Below are positions 1 through 9,337 of a stretch of 28,808 bases of DNA, one piece after another. The stretch is taken from positions 1 through 28,808 of IMG/VR virus record IMGVR_UViG_3300020042_004808, one strand, 5' to 3'. Within the stretch, counting starts at the first letter, position 1, and each line of letters opens with the position of its first letter. The notes beneath the pieces were generated by a model, which ran no database searches, was not told where the DNA came from, and saw only the letters and a program-made list of their open reading frames with translations. Origin of the DNA: a virus (lineage: Duplodnaviria > Caudoviricetes). The position numbers were made by a program, and so were the translations under genes.

Positions 1-702
1 ACGGCTGTTGCTGGCAACTGGCACACTGAAGCTGCTGCGGTTACTGTACAGGATATGACTTTTACAAGGGAGACATTTAATGCACACGTTTTAAACACGT
101 TAGTAAAAGTTTCTGTTGAATGGGCAAACGATGAGTTTGGTCTTTTAAATACAGAGTTACCTGTTATGTTAGGTGAGCGTTTAGGCCGTGGTCTAAACAC
201 TGCATTTACAACCGGTGATGGTTCTGGTAAACCAACAGGATTCAGAGACGTTGCTCCATCCGGTGTAGAATCTGCATCTACTGGCGCATTTACTGCAGCT
301 AACTTAGTTGAATTGGTTCACTCTGTGGATGTTGCTTATAGAAATAGTCCATCTGTTGCATTTATGATGCACGATAATATTTTATCTGCGGTTAGAAAGT
401 TAAATTTTGATACTGCAAATAATCCATTATTCCAACCATCATTAAGAGAAGGTGCGCCAGATAAACTTTTAGGCTACAATTATTTTGTAAATAATGATTT
501 GCCATCAACTCAAGCAGCTGATGCAAAAATTATTTTCTTTGGTGATTGGTCTAAATATGTTATACGTCAAGTTGCCAACAATGTGCTTGTGCCATTGCGT
601 GAGCGTTTTATGGACGAAATGGAAATTGGTTTCTTAATGTATGCTCGTTATGATGGCAAGTTGCTACAAACTGCTGCAATTAAGCACCTAAAGAATCTGT
701 AA
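1..702 (+). CDS. Phage major capsid protein, HK97 fold (5'-truncated by window)
   Basis: Frame is open from base 1 (TAVAGNWHTEAAAV...). Motifs GDGSGKPTG, LLGYNYFVNNDLP, IIFFGDWSKY and ARYDGK are typical of the HK97-family capsid C-terminal half. Confidence 0.93.
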   Translation, partial: TAVAGNWHTEAAAVTVQDMTFTRETFNAHVLNTLVKVSVEWANDEFGLLNTELPVMLGERLGRGLNTAFTTGDGSGKPTGFRDVAPSGVESASTGAFTAANLVELVHSVDVAYRNSPSVAFMMHDNILSAVRKLNFDTANNPLFQPSLREGAPDKLLGYNYFVNNDLPSTQAADAKIIFFGDWSKYVIRQVANNVLVPLRERFMDEMEIGFLMYARYDGKLLQTAAIKHLKNL

Positions 703-722
703 TCTTATATTGGGATCTAATC

Positions 723-752
723 TGGAGGAGTTGCAATATACTCCTCCATTTT
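723..752 (+). terminator. Intrinsic terminator/hairpin after capsid gene
   Basis: TGGAGGAGT(723-731)/ACTCCTCCA(740-748) stem followed by TTTT. Confidence 0.7.
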
Positions 753-765
753 AAAATATAAACAA

Positions 766-1326
766 ATGGCTTGGAAAGTAACTACTGCACCTGTTAATGA
801 ACCTTGGACTCTTGCCGAGGTTAAAAGCTATTTAAAGATTGATGATTCAAACGAAGATTCAATGTTAAATACTCTTATAAAAGGTGCAAGGATGGTGGCA
901 GAGAGTTATTTAAACCAAGCATTAATTACACAAACAATAACGGAGAAGTTTGATAGGTTATCTAATCCTACTTTATACCTTAGTGTATCTCCTGTTATTG
1001 CCGTTACTAATTTCCAGTACGCAGACAGCCAAAATACTACGCAAACCTTTGCAGCGACTAATTATGTCGTTGACACATTTAGTGAACCAGCACGGCTCTC
1101 TATTGCTTACGGGAAAACATGGCCTACACTTTACGGAAACATAAATGATGTAACGATTACTTATACGGCAGGATACGACACAGAAAGTAGCGGTGTGCCA
1201 TTCCAAATAAGACAAGCTATCTTATTAATGATAGCCGATACCTACGAGAATAGGCAAGATTACGTTAAAAAATTACCTACTGCATCTCAATATTTACTTG
1301 ACCAATATCGCGTTCAATATTTCTAA
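766..1326 (+). CDS. Head-tail connector (gp6/gp15-like adaptor)
   Basis: EPWTLAEVKSYLKID...ED..L..LI..AR..AE; VTITYTAGY; IRQAILLMIADTYENR; directly after capsid. Confidence 0.9.
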   Translation: MAWKVTTAPVNEPWTLAEVKSYLKIDDSNEDSMLNTLIKGARMVAESYLNQALITQTITEKFDRLSNPTLYLSVSPVIAVTNFQYADSQNTTQTFAATNYVVDTFSEPARLSIAYGKTWPTLYGNINDVTITYTAGYDTESSGVPFQIRQAILLMIADTYENRQDYVKKLPTASQYLLDQYRVQYF

Positions 1327-3311
1327 TGAAGTATAACAAAAATGAAATTATTGGTCGAATGCGTGACAGGATAACTATCCAAAATGTCACACGTTCAAAA
1401 TCAGATACAGGCTTTGCCCAGGAGTCATGGGCAGATAGTGCCATAGTTTGGGCAAATGCCGAAAGCAAGTTACCTCCATCAAATGAAACGGTGATTGATG
1501 GAAAGAATACTGCTAAAAATATAAGCGACTTTACTATAAGATATACGACAGGCATAGATGAAGAAAGTCGTATTATTTGGAATGACAAGTTATACCAAGT
1601 AAGAAATATAAAAGTAAGTCACGATAGAAGATTTATAAGTTTTCAAGGCGAGTTCTACGACTCCTACATACTTACCGGTGTTTCCGTTGCTGCTATCCTT
1701 TCAGCCAATGCAAATGTATCATCCAATATAAAAGTGATACACAATGTCCTTGCTGCAATGAATGCCATAGCAACGACGAACGCTGAATTAACAGTAAGCC
1801 AACAAGGTCAAGTCTTGGCTGCGGCTTCCTTATCCGCATCTGGCAATCTTTCTGCCAATGCTACAAAAGTGATACCAATTAATAGCGATGTTACGGCAAA
1901 TGTCACATTAGCTGCTGCGGTAACAAAAGTTATAAATATAGATAGTACATTAAATGCAAATGCTACTTTATCGGCAAATGCTTTAGTGAGCAAAACATTA
2001 TTAAGTACATTAAATGCAAATGCTACTACATCGGCTGCTGTTGATGTAGTAACGCAAGGCTCTGTTAGTGTAGATGCATCTTTAACAGGATTAGGCACTG
2101 TTGCTGCTGAAATTAAGCGCACAGTTACATTAGAAAGTAGTTCAAGCACAAGTGCAACCACAGAATTAAACGCTACGCTTACCAAAGTAATTGAGGCAAG
2201 TGCTACTGCAACGGCTAACACACAAAGTACAGCACAGTTAACTATACCAGTTAACGCAGCTGCAAATGCTACGGCTAACACATCGGCAAATGCTACATTA
2301 TCATACACAGTTAATGCCGAGTTAAATGCTACGGCACAGACAAGCGTTGACGCACAGATAACAAGGATTATCTCCGCAGAAATGACTGCTACGGCACAGA
2401 CAAGCGTTGAGGCAGGTGTAGGAGTTACCTTTGTAGCTTCACTAATGGCTTCGGGCTCTGTAACAGATGCAAGTCTTTTAAGAACGGCAACCTTGGCGGC
2501 AAGTGTAACGGGAGCGGCAACGGTGACGGGTGCGACGTTGGATGTATTTGATGGAGATGCGTCTGCATTCTTTGGAAGAGTTACTGCGGCTGGAGGAACA
2601 TTGACTACAACCGAACAAACGGCTGTTAATACATTGGTTATTTCAATGAAAGCAAACGGTACATGGGCAAAGATGAAAGCCATTTACCCAATGGTTGGGG
2701 CGAGTGCGGCAGCCTGTAGACAAAACTTAAAGTCTTCAAGTTTTACAGGAACATTTAGTAGTGGATGGACATTTGCAAGCACTGGAGCAACACCTAATGG
2801 AATAAATGCGTTTTTTGATACTGCATTTAACACCAATACAAATCAAAGTGTAAATAATTGTTCGTTAAGTATTTATTTGCGTACTGCTACGATGGGAACG
2901 GATTATATTACTGATATAGGTAATGCAAACACACCAAGTTATTTGCCCTTAACAAGTATTGAATCAAATATTAATGAAAGATTACAATATTGTTGGGACT
3001 TTACAACCGCTGTGGCTACAATTTCTACAACAGATAGCCGAGGTATGTGGGGAACTTCAAGAAGCGGTACAAGTTCTTGGGTATCTTTTGAAAGAAATAC
3101 AGCAGTCGCAAAAACAACAACAACTTCACAAACATCGTTGCCAAATTTAAATGTATATTTAGGGGCTGCTAATTTAAATTCTGTGGCTGGACAATTTTCT
3201 TTTAGACAAATAGCATTTGCTCATTTAGGAAATTCGTTGACTAACACTGAATTTAATAACTTTTATACTGCAATTCAAGCATTTCAAACAACCTTAGGTA
3301 GAGCCATATGA
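1326..3311 (+). CDS. Head-closure (SPP1 gp16-like stopper) domain fused to Ala/Thr/Ser repeat stalk and C-terminal globular (possibly lectin/LamG-like) domain
   Basis: The N-terminal ~110 aa (IGRMRDRITIQ...W....VWA...FTIRY...RIIWNDKLYQV) match the head-closure pattern. About 290 aa of 20-aa repeats follow, then ~255 aa of beta-rich sequence. Confidence 0.82.
   Translation: MKYNKNEIIGRMRDRITIQNVTRSKSDTGFAQESWADSAIVWANAESKLPPSNETVIDGKNTAKNISDFTIRYTTGIDEESRIIWNDKLYQVRNIKVSHDRRFISFQGEFYDSYILTGVSVAAILSANANVSSNIKVIHNVLAAMNAIATTNAELTVSQQGQVLAAASLSASGNLSANATKVIPINSDVTANVTLAAAVTKVINIDSTLNANATLSANALVSKTLLSTLNANATTSAAVDVVTQGSVSVDASLTGLGTVAAEIKRTVTLESSSSTSATTELNATLTKVIEASATATANTQSTAQLTIPVNAAANATANTSANATLSYTVNAELNATAQTSVDAQITRIISAEMTATAQTSVEAGVGVTFVASLMASGSVTDASLLRTATLAASVTGAATVTGATLDVFDGDASAFFGRVTAAGGTLTTTEQTAVNTLVISMKANGTWAKMKAIYPMVGASAAACRQNLKSSSFTGTFSSGWTFASTGATPNGINAFFDTAFNTNTNQSVNNCSLSIYLRTATMGTDYITDIGNANTPSYLPLTSIESNINERLQYCWDFTTAVATISTTDSRGMWGTSRSGTSSWVSFERNTAVAKTTTTSQTSLPNLNVYLGAANLNSVAGQFSFRQIAFAHLGNSLTNTEFNNFYTAIQAFQTTLGRAI
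1670..2545 (+). repeat. Degenerate 60-bp (20-aa) tandem repeat region
   Basis: Exact copies 60 bp apart: AGTACATTAAATGCAAATGCTACT at 1944 and 2004; ACGGCTAACACA at 2211 and 2271; TGCTACGGCACAGACAAGCGTTGA at 2327 and 2387. Confidence 0.85.
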
Positions 3312-3532
3312 TAGGATATAAATTAACAGAAAATCAAAAGAATTTTGTACAAAACAAATTCTACACAACGCACCAATTTATAAATTGTGTGCAAGATATA
3401 AACGGCATTTGGTTCACTTTCTTCACTGACGAAGACAAGGAAATAATTGCCACAACGGATATAGCTTGGATTTTAGAATGTGAGCAAATGGAATATACAT
3501 TACCTATTGCCGTAAATCCTTTTAATACCTAA
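3308..3532 (+). CDS. Small hypothetical protein, possible fibre-associated/assembly factor
   Basis: 74 aa; ATGA overlap with upstream fibre gene suggests translational coupling. Confidence 0.7.
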   Translation: MIGYKLTENQKNFVQNKFYTTHQFINCVQDINGIWFTFFTDEDKEIIATTDIAWILECEQMEYTLPIAVNPFNT

Positions 3533-3536
3533 CACG

Positions 3537-4511
3537 ATGAAAATAGCCATTTTTACAAACATCAACTCCCCTGCTACCGACTTTTATCGCACGGTTGGCT
3601 GCTATGCCTACATGGGGCATGATATTAGATACCTTGCCATTGAAAGTGCAAAGTGGTTTGATTTAATGGATGTTGATGTGGTAGTGGCTAAATCTCCTAA
3701 TGGCATGGCGTACTTTGAAATGCTAAGAGAGTGTAAAAGGATGGGTAAGAAGATTATCATTGACCATGACGATAATCTGCACGAAACAACACGGACTAAT
3801 CCGGCACACATTGGATTAAGCCATGAGGCAATGAGAAAAACGGTCGAGGATTGCTTTGGCTTTGCTAACCATATTATTTATTCTACCGATGCCTTGCAAA
3901 AGTATTATATGCCGTATCACGAAGGCATTGCAAGCACTGTTATAAATAATGGATGGAATCCAATTATTCAGCCATTCATGCCAGTGCCTAAGATAGAAGA
4001 TAAGATAAGATTTATTTGGCGCGGTTCAATGCATCACTTGGATGACATTGGCAGCATAGAAAGTTATATAAACGAGTTAGCGGAAGATGAGAGCTGCGAT
4101 GTTGCCATGCTTGGCATACAAGATTTTATTATGGCTCACTTGTTCCCAAAGGTAAAAACAAAGGAATGGAATAGTTCACTCTTTGGTTACTTTGAAACAT
4201 TGAACAATAGCCAATGCCATTACGGATTATTTCCGTTACTCAAAAACGATTTCAACTTTGCAAAGAGTAATATATTTGCCATTGAAATGTTAGTAGCTGG
4301 AGGAGTTACCATTGCACCAAAGGGCATACCAGAGTACAACATTCCAGGTGTGATAAAGTATGACAACTTTGGCGATGTCATGCAGGCAGTGAAAAATAAG
4401 GACTTTGACAGAGAGGCAATAGTGAAGGAGGGAAGGGAGTATTTGAATGATGTGCTTAGAGTTGATAAGACAAACAAAAAGAGAGAACTAATTTTAAATA
4501 ATTTAAACTAA
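3537..4511 (+). CDS. Glycosyltransferase (GT-B/GT4-like)
   Basis: DFYR near N-terminus, KKIIIDHDDNL, IIYSTDAL, VINNG, RFIWRGSMHH, PLLKNDFNFAKSNI..IE: motif series typical of phage GT-B glycosyltransferases. Confidence 0.82.
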   Translation: MKIAIFTNINSPATDFYRTVGCYAYMGHDIRYLAIESAKWFDLMDVDVVVAKSPNGMAYFEMLRECKRMGKKIIIDHDDNLHETTRTNPAHIGLSHEAMRKTVEDCFGFANHIIYSTDALQKYYMPYHEGIASTVINNGWNPIIQPFMPVPKIEDKIRFIWRGSMHHLDDIGSIESYINELAEDESCDVAMLGIQDFIMAHLFPKVKTKEWNSSLFGYFETLNNSQCHYGLFPLLKNDFNFAKSNIFAIEMLVAGGVTIAPKGIPEYNIPGVIKYDNFGDVMQAVKNKDFDREAIVKEGREYLNDVLRVDKTNKKRELILNNLN

Positions 4512-4517
4512 TAAACT

Positions 4518-4913
4518 ATGAGTGCTTTTTCAAATTATTTGGAAGACCAAATAACAGGATGGATAGCAGGAACATCAATGACTGCTCCTACTGCTACTTT
4601 TGTACAGTTATACAACGGTGATCCATTAGACACAGGATTAGGAGGTACTGCTCTTTACTCAAGAATTACAGTTGCATCTGGTGCAGGGTCATGGACAAGA
4701 GGAACTGGAGGTAACGGTACAATTACAAATGCATCTGCTTTTACTATTACATCAAGTGCAACGGCTACGGCATCTGCTACTCACGTTGCAGTATTTGACG
4801 CTTCAGCATCTGGTAATTTACTTTTCTTTGGTCAATTAACAACTGCAAAAACTATTGCATCTGGTGATGAAGTTAAGTTTAACGCATCTGCATTAACTTT
4901 AACAGTTGCCTAA
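4518..4913 (+). CDS. Small virion structural protein (fibre-associated beta-sandwich family)
   Basis: MSAFSNYLE...THVAVFDASASGNLLFFGQLTTAKTIASGD..F...L.L, a pattern common in phage structural modules next to fibre genes. Confidence 0.7.
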   Translation: MSAFSNYLEDQITGWIAGTSMTAPTATFVQLYNGDPLDTGLGGTALYSRITVASGAGSWTRGTGGNGTITNASAFTITSSATATASATHVAVFDASASGNLLFFGQLTTAKTIASGDEVKFNASALTLTVA

Positions 4914-4915
4914 AT

Positions 4916-4945
4916 ATTAGGAGAATACTTAGGTGTTCTCCTAAT
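4916..4945 (+). terminator. 13-bp hairpin, terminator or mRNA-stabilising stem
   Basis: ATTAGGAGAATAC-TTAG-GTGTTCTCCTAAT; U-tract is weak. Confidence 0.55.
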
Positions 4946-4957
4946 TAATATTTTACT

Positions 4958-5542
4958 ATGACTTACATTACGCAGAGCCAAATATCAAGACTAAGGAAAT
5001 CAAGCGGAACAGGTGCTAAGAGGAGAGGCTTGTTTGCTAATGGTTTGGCTGAATGCGTGCTTGAATTAGATGACATCTTATCAAATATAACAGTTGATAA
5101 AAGAATGGATGTTATCAATGCCGCAATGCCTGCTGCAATAAATATATATAAGTCGCTTATTCCTGTGTCTAAAAAAGAACACAAAATAAGTACGTTTGCT
5201 AAAGGTGTAGGTAAGTCTGATGGTAATAGTAAGTATAGGTATATAGTTAAACCTGGCAATCTCCAAAGGTCTGTAAAAGGTTTAAGCCAATTACTAAAAA
5301 AATACAAGTGGAACAATGGAGCAATAGGGCCTCATTACATTCCACAGCCAGTAGGTTCTACTTTAAATAGTGAACAAAAATACGATGGCTTTTACGCTCA
5401 CATGGTTTACGGATCTGCAAAAGCATGGAGGCAAAAGATAGTCTTAAAAGCAAAAACTATGTCTGCATCTGTTGTTTATCCAAAGATGATAGCAGAGGCA
5501 AAGGAAGTAGTTAAGATGTACCCTAAAAAGTTTTGGGAATGA
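4958..5542 (+). CDS. Putative neck/tail completion protein (HK97 gp10-like)
   Basis: Basic protein with PGNLQRSV and DGFYAHMVYG; located before tail terminator. Confidence 0.7.
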   Translation: MTYITQSQISRLRKSSGTGAKRRGLFANGLAECVLELDDILSNITVDKRMDVINAAMPAAINIYKSLIPVSKKEHKISTFAKGVGKSDGNSKYRYIVKPGNLQRSVKGLSQLLKKYKWNNGAIGPHYIPQPVGSTLNSEQKYDGFYAHMVYGSAKAWRQKIVLKAKTMSASVVYPKMIAEAKEVVKMYPKKFWE

Positions 5543-5928
5543 TAGGAAAGGTAATATACGGAAGGTTAAGCGCAGAGCCAACAGTCATAGCGATTGTTGG
5601 GCAAAAGATATATCCGGACTTAACTCCACAAGATGTTCAATATCCTTTCTGTGTTTACACTATTGTAAACTCCACTCCCGTTGATTACAAGGATGGACAA
5701 AGTAACTTGGAGGAGGTGCAATTTCAAGTTGATTGCTACACTCAAAGCTATGATAGTACACAAGAACTTGCAAACAACATAAGAAATAGCCTTGATAGGT
5801 TTACCGGCACAGTTAACGGTATAAGTGTACAAACGATTAAATATATGTCAAGTGATTCACAAGTGTACAATCCTACGCTAAATGTATACTGGATGTCAGT
5901 TGATTTTATGGCAAGAATGAAACGATAA
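5539..5928 (+). CDS. Tail terminator/completion protein (DUF3168/gp17-like)
   Basis: IYPDLTPQ..YPFCVY, QFQVDCY, ELANNIRNSLD; ATG 5539 overlaps upstream TGA (ATGA). Confidence 0.85.
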   Translation: MIGKVIYGRLSAEPTVIAIVGQKIYPDLTPQDVQYPFCVYTIVNSTPVDYKDGQSNLEEVQFQVDCYTQSYDSTQELANNIRNSLDRFTGTVNGISVQTIKYMSSDSQVYNPTLNVYWMSVDFMARMKR

Positions 5929-5930
5929 TT

Positions 5931-6200
5931 ATGAAAATAAGATTAATAAAAACGTGGAATGGCAAGCCAGTAGGCGCAACAGGAGTTTTCCTTTCCGACT
6001 TTGGCAAGCAACTTGTTGCCGATGGCATTGCAGAGCATCTTGATGATGATTTTGTAGTGGAGCAAATGCCAGAGAAAAAAGTGCAAGAGGCACCTCAACC
6101 TATTTATATTCCTGTGCCAATGCCTATGCAATATTTTGAAGATGAGAATGAATTGGAAAAAATTGATGTTAATATAGATTTGTCAAAAGTTAAAAAATAA
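5931..6200 (+). CDS. Small hypothetical phage structural-module protein
   Basis: 89 aa ORF filling the gap between terminator and tube genes. Confidence 0.65.
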   Translation: MKIRLIKTWNGKPVGATGVFLSDFGKQLVADGIAEHLDDDFVVEQMPEKKVQEAPQPIYIPVPMPMQYFEDENELEKIDVNIDLSKVKK

Positions 6201-6204
6201 TAAA

Positions 6205-6630
6205 ATGCCAACTACAGGAATTATTAATGGTACGTTGATGCGCTTGTATAAAGATTCAACTGCAATCGGTTACGCCACATCGTGCCAAATGAACATCTCG
6301 GCTGCAATGCGTGAAATCTTAACAAAAGATAGCGCAAGCGGAGGATGGAGAGAAGTAAAGAAGGGTCAGTTATCTGGCACACTTTCAACAGAGGCATTAT
6401 ATGCCGGTCCTGGTGATTCATCTACCAATTACTTGTTTGATGATCTCTTTACAGATTTAATTAGTGGTACTGCACTCACTATTAAATTTACTACAGATGT
6501 TAGCGGTGACAACGTGTTTACAATGCAAGCCATTTGTACATCATTAGACCTTAATGCAGCCGTAGAAGAAAATACAAGCTACTCAGCTTCTTTTGAAGTT
6601 ACTGGTGCTATTGTTAAGACAACAAAATAA
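6205..6630 (+). CDS. Major tail tube protein
   Basis: IGYATSC, TKDS..GWRE...G, TSLDLNA..E...YSASFEVTG: siphovirus tube protein pattern. Confidence 0.9.
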   Translation: MPTTGIINGTLMRLYKDSTAIGYATSCQMNISAAMREILTKDSASGGWREVKKGQLSGTLSTEALYAGPGDSSTNYLFDDLFTDLISGTALTIKFTTDVSGDNVFTMQAICTSLDLNAAVEENTSYSASFEVTGAIVKTTK

Positions 6631-6648
6631 TTTTAAAAATTACCTAAA

Positions 6649-6978
6649 ATGAAAACAATAAAAATAGCTAATGCGGACATACCATGTAAATTTGGTATGT
6701 TCGTTTTAGGTACATTTTTAAGGGAGAGGAACCTTAAATTAAGTGACCTCTCCCTCCTTGGCGAAGACCTCCTATTTGCCCTTGAACTTGCCTTTGCAGG
6801 TGTACAGGCAGGTTACAAGGCAAAGGGAGAGAAGTGCCCATATACCTTAGAAAAGTTTTGCGATTTAGTAGATTTGGATAAGGGAGGAATAAACAGGATA
6901 ACGGAGCTGATAACAAATGAGATTTCAGTACCAGAAGATCCGGAAAGAAAAAACGAGATAGCGGAGGAGGTGAGTTAA
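6649..6978 (+). CDS. Tail assembly chaperone (gpG-like)
   Basis: Between tube and tape-measure genes; slippery A AAA AAC at 6948-6954 near the 3' end. Confidence 0.8.
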   Translation: MKTIKIANADIPCKFGMFVLGTFLRERNLKLSDLSLLGEDLLFALELAFAGVQAGYKAKGEKCPYTLEKFCDLVDLDKGGINRITELITNEISVPEDPERKNEIAEEVS

Positions 6979-7292
6979 CACTTGACTACATCGAAAGATT
7001 TTGTTTTGGAGTCCTTAGATTCCATCCTTCGCAATACTATGAAATGACATTGAGAGAGGTTATTATAGCTATGCAAGGTTATAATAACCAATTTGAAATA
7101 GAGCAGCAATTTGAGTGGGAAAGAGCCAGGTGGCAAACTACACTTTTATTAAATGTTCATACGGCAAAGGGAAAGTCAATTAAGCCTAAAGATTTGATTG
7201 AGTTTCCTTGGGAGACAGATAATCCAAAACCAACTAAAAGAAGTTTATCAGAAGTTGATAAGTCAATTTTTGAGAAATGGGATAAAGAGTAA
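6948..7292 (+). CDS. Tail assembly chaperone -1 frameshift extension (gpGT-like)
   Basis: The -1 frame is open from the slippery site (KRDSGGGELTLDYIERFCFGVLRFHPSQYYEMTLRE...) into ORF 7044-7292. Confidence 0.8.
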   Translation, partial: KKRDSGGGELTLDYIERFCFGVLRFHPSQYYEMTLREVIIAMQGYNNQFEIEQQFEWERARWQTTLLLNVHTAKGKSIKPKDLIEFPWETDNPKPTKRSLSEVDKSIFEKWDKE

Positions 7293-7294
7293 TA

Positions 7295-9337
7295 ATGGCA
7301 AATGCAGCGCAGTTAAATCTTAAACTTGGCATAGATGTTTCAAGCCTTTCCCGTGAACTTGGCAAGGTAGAAAGTAGAATGACAAAGTTTGGCTCACAGA
7401 TGCAGAACATTGGCAGCACTATGACGCAGTCGTTAACTCTGCCTTTACTTGGTGTTGGTGCAGCTTCATTGAAGGCATTTGCCGACATGGAAAAGTTGGA
7501 GAATGGATTAATTGCCATTATGGGTAGCAGTGAAGATGCAGCAGTTGAATTAATAAAGTTGCGTAAAGTTGCTGAAAATCCTGGTCTTGCTTTACCTGAA
7601 GTTGTTAAAGCATCTGCTGCTTTACAATCAGTTGGAATGTCAGCAGATGCAGCAAGAGAAACAATAACACAGTTTGGCAATGCCGTAGCAAGGTCTCCTA
7701 CACCTGATCCTGAAACATTTAATGGAGTTACAATGGCATTAAGTCAAATGAGTGCAGTAGGCAAAGTTACTCAAGAAGATTTAAATCAATTAAAAGAAAG
7801 ATTGCCAGAATTTGCAACTGTTATGAAAAATGAATTTGGCACAGCAACTGCCGAAGGCATTAGAGCAATGGGTTTAAGTAGTGAAGATTTTATAACGCGG
7901 TCTGTTAGTGCTTTAAGTGAATTAGGTAGAGCTCAGGGAGGATTAGCAAATACTTTTAACAATTTAAAAGACAATGTAACTGCTTCATTAGCAGAATTTG
8001 GAAAGGCTATAAATGAATCACTAAATTTACAAGCCGTTGCAGAAAGTTTAAGCAAATATATACAAGGTTTAGTAGATGGATTTAAAGCTCTTAATCCAGA
8101 GACTCAAGGCTTTATAGTTAAGGCTGCTTTAGTAGCTGCATCCATAGGGCCTATTATATTTATAGTAGGTAAATTAATAAGTACATACGGTGCTTTGGCA
8201 GGAGCCTCAAAATTAATAGTACAAGCAATAGGAAATATAAGTAAAGCATTTAGCTATTTAGCTGCCAATCCAATGATTTTGGTAGTTACTGCATCCATTG
8301 CTGCTATCGGTGCTATTGCATTGTATGTTTATGATAACTGGAAGGCATTTAGCGACAACTTTAAAAACATTTGGATAAACATTAAAAACTCTGTAATGGA
8401 AGGAGTAGCTAATGTTTTAAAAAATATTGACTATTTACAGAAAGCATTAGGTTTAAATTTATTTAATCTTGATGGATTAACATCGTATCAAAAGGAACAA
8501 AGAATAGTAGCTACAGAGTTTAAAAGTATTGGAGATACTGTTGATAGTTTAAAAGTCAAACTTGCCTCATTGTTTACAACGGGTGCAAAAGCAACAAATG
8601 GAGGTGGAGGTATTACTGTACCAACTATGCCGACAGAATCAAGTGCTACTACAACAGGCGGCGGTGGCGGTGGAATAGGTTCTGCTGCATCAATGGGTGC
8701 AGGTTTAGGTGTTATAGGAATTTTACCGACATTAGATTTATTGCCAGATAAATTAGAAAGTATATCAGCTGCAAATGAAAGATTAAAACAAACAAATGAA
8801 GATGTTGCAAATTCATTTAATAAAATTACACCTGCTGTTAAATCTATTGAAGATTTACTAACACCATTACAAAAATCACTTGTTTTAGGTGTTGAGGCAT
8901 TTGCAAATTTAGCAGAGAGTGGATTTAAAAGCATGAAAGAATTGGCAGCAGCAGTTAGGCAAAGTATAGCAGTTATAGTAGGTGATATGATAAAAGTATT
9001 TGTAGCTAAAGCATTAGCAGGTTTACCTCCATCACCTTTTATGCTTGCGATTGCTCCTGCTATTGCTGCTCTTGCAGGTTCATTAGGTAAAAGTTTAATT
9101 ATGAAAGTAGGCGCTCCAAAACTTGCCGAAGGTGGCTTGGCATACGGGCCTACTATGGCAACGGTAGGAGATAACAAAAATGCTCGTGTTGACCCAGAAG
9201 TAATTGCTCCTTTATCAAAATTAAAAAGCATGATGGGAGACATGGGCGTAGGTGGCACACTGGAGACAAGGATAAGCGGAAATGATTTGATTATATTGCT
9301 AAACAGATCTCAAAAAGGTCTTAGTAGAATACAATAA
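7295..9337 (+). CDS. Tail tape measure protein
   Basis: 680 aa Ala/Gly-rich helical protein; tape-measure domain (ALSQMSAVGKVTQEDLNQLKER); C-terminal LAEGGLAYGPTMATVGD..PEVIAPL. Confidence 0.93.
   Translation: MANAAQLNLKLGIDVSSLSRELGKVESRMTKFGSQMQNIGSTMTQSLTLPLLGVGAASLKAFADMEKLENGLIAIMGSSEDAAVELIKLRKVAENPGLALPEVVKASAALQSVGMSADAARETITQFGNAVARSPTPDPETFNGVTMALSQMSAVGKVTQEDLNQLKERLPEFATVMKNEFGTATAEGIRAMGLSSEDFITRSVSALSELGRAQGGLANTFNNLKDNVTASLAEFGKAINESLNLQAVAESLSKYIQGLVDGFKALNPETQGFIVKAALVAASIGPIIFIVGKLISTYGALAGASKLIVQAIGNISKAFSYLAANPMILVVTASIAAIGAIALYVYDNWKAFSDNFKNIWINIKNSVMEGVANVLKNIDYLQKALGLNLFNLDGLTSYQKEQRIVATEFKSIGDTVDSLKVKLASLFTTGAKATNGGGGITVPTMPTESSATTTGGGGGGIGSAASMGAGLGVIGILPTLDLLPDKLESISAANERLKQTNEDVANSFNKITPAVKSIEDLLTPLQKSLVLGVEAFANLAESGFKSMKELAAAVRQSIAVIVGDMIKVFVAKALAGLPPSPFMLAIAPAIAALAGSLGKSLIMKVGAPKLAEGGLAYGPTMATVGDNKNARVDPEVIAPLSKLKSMMGDMGVGGTLETRISGNDLIILLNRSQKGLSRIQ

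Noticed and set aside
1944-2410. Regularly spaced 24-bp direct repeats resembling a CRISPR array
   Set aside because: Different repeat sequences occur only in pairs, in frame at a 60-bp period inside a CDS; they are protein repeats
1808-2683. 291-aa minus-strand ORF
   Set aside because: Antisense shadow of the Ala/Thr/Val repeat gene; low-complexity codons lack stops on the reverse strand
8488-9258. 256-aa minus-strand ORF (also 7234-7680)
   Set aside because: Antisense shadow of the tape-measure gene; no motif or expression signals
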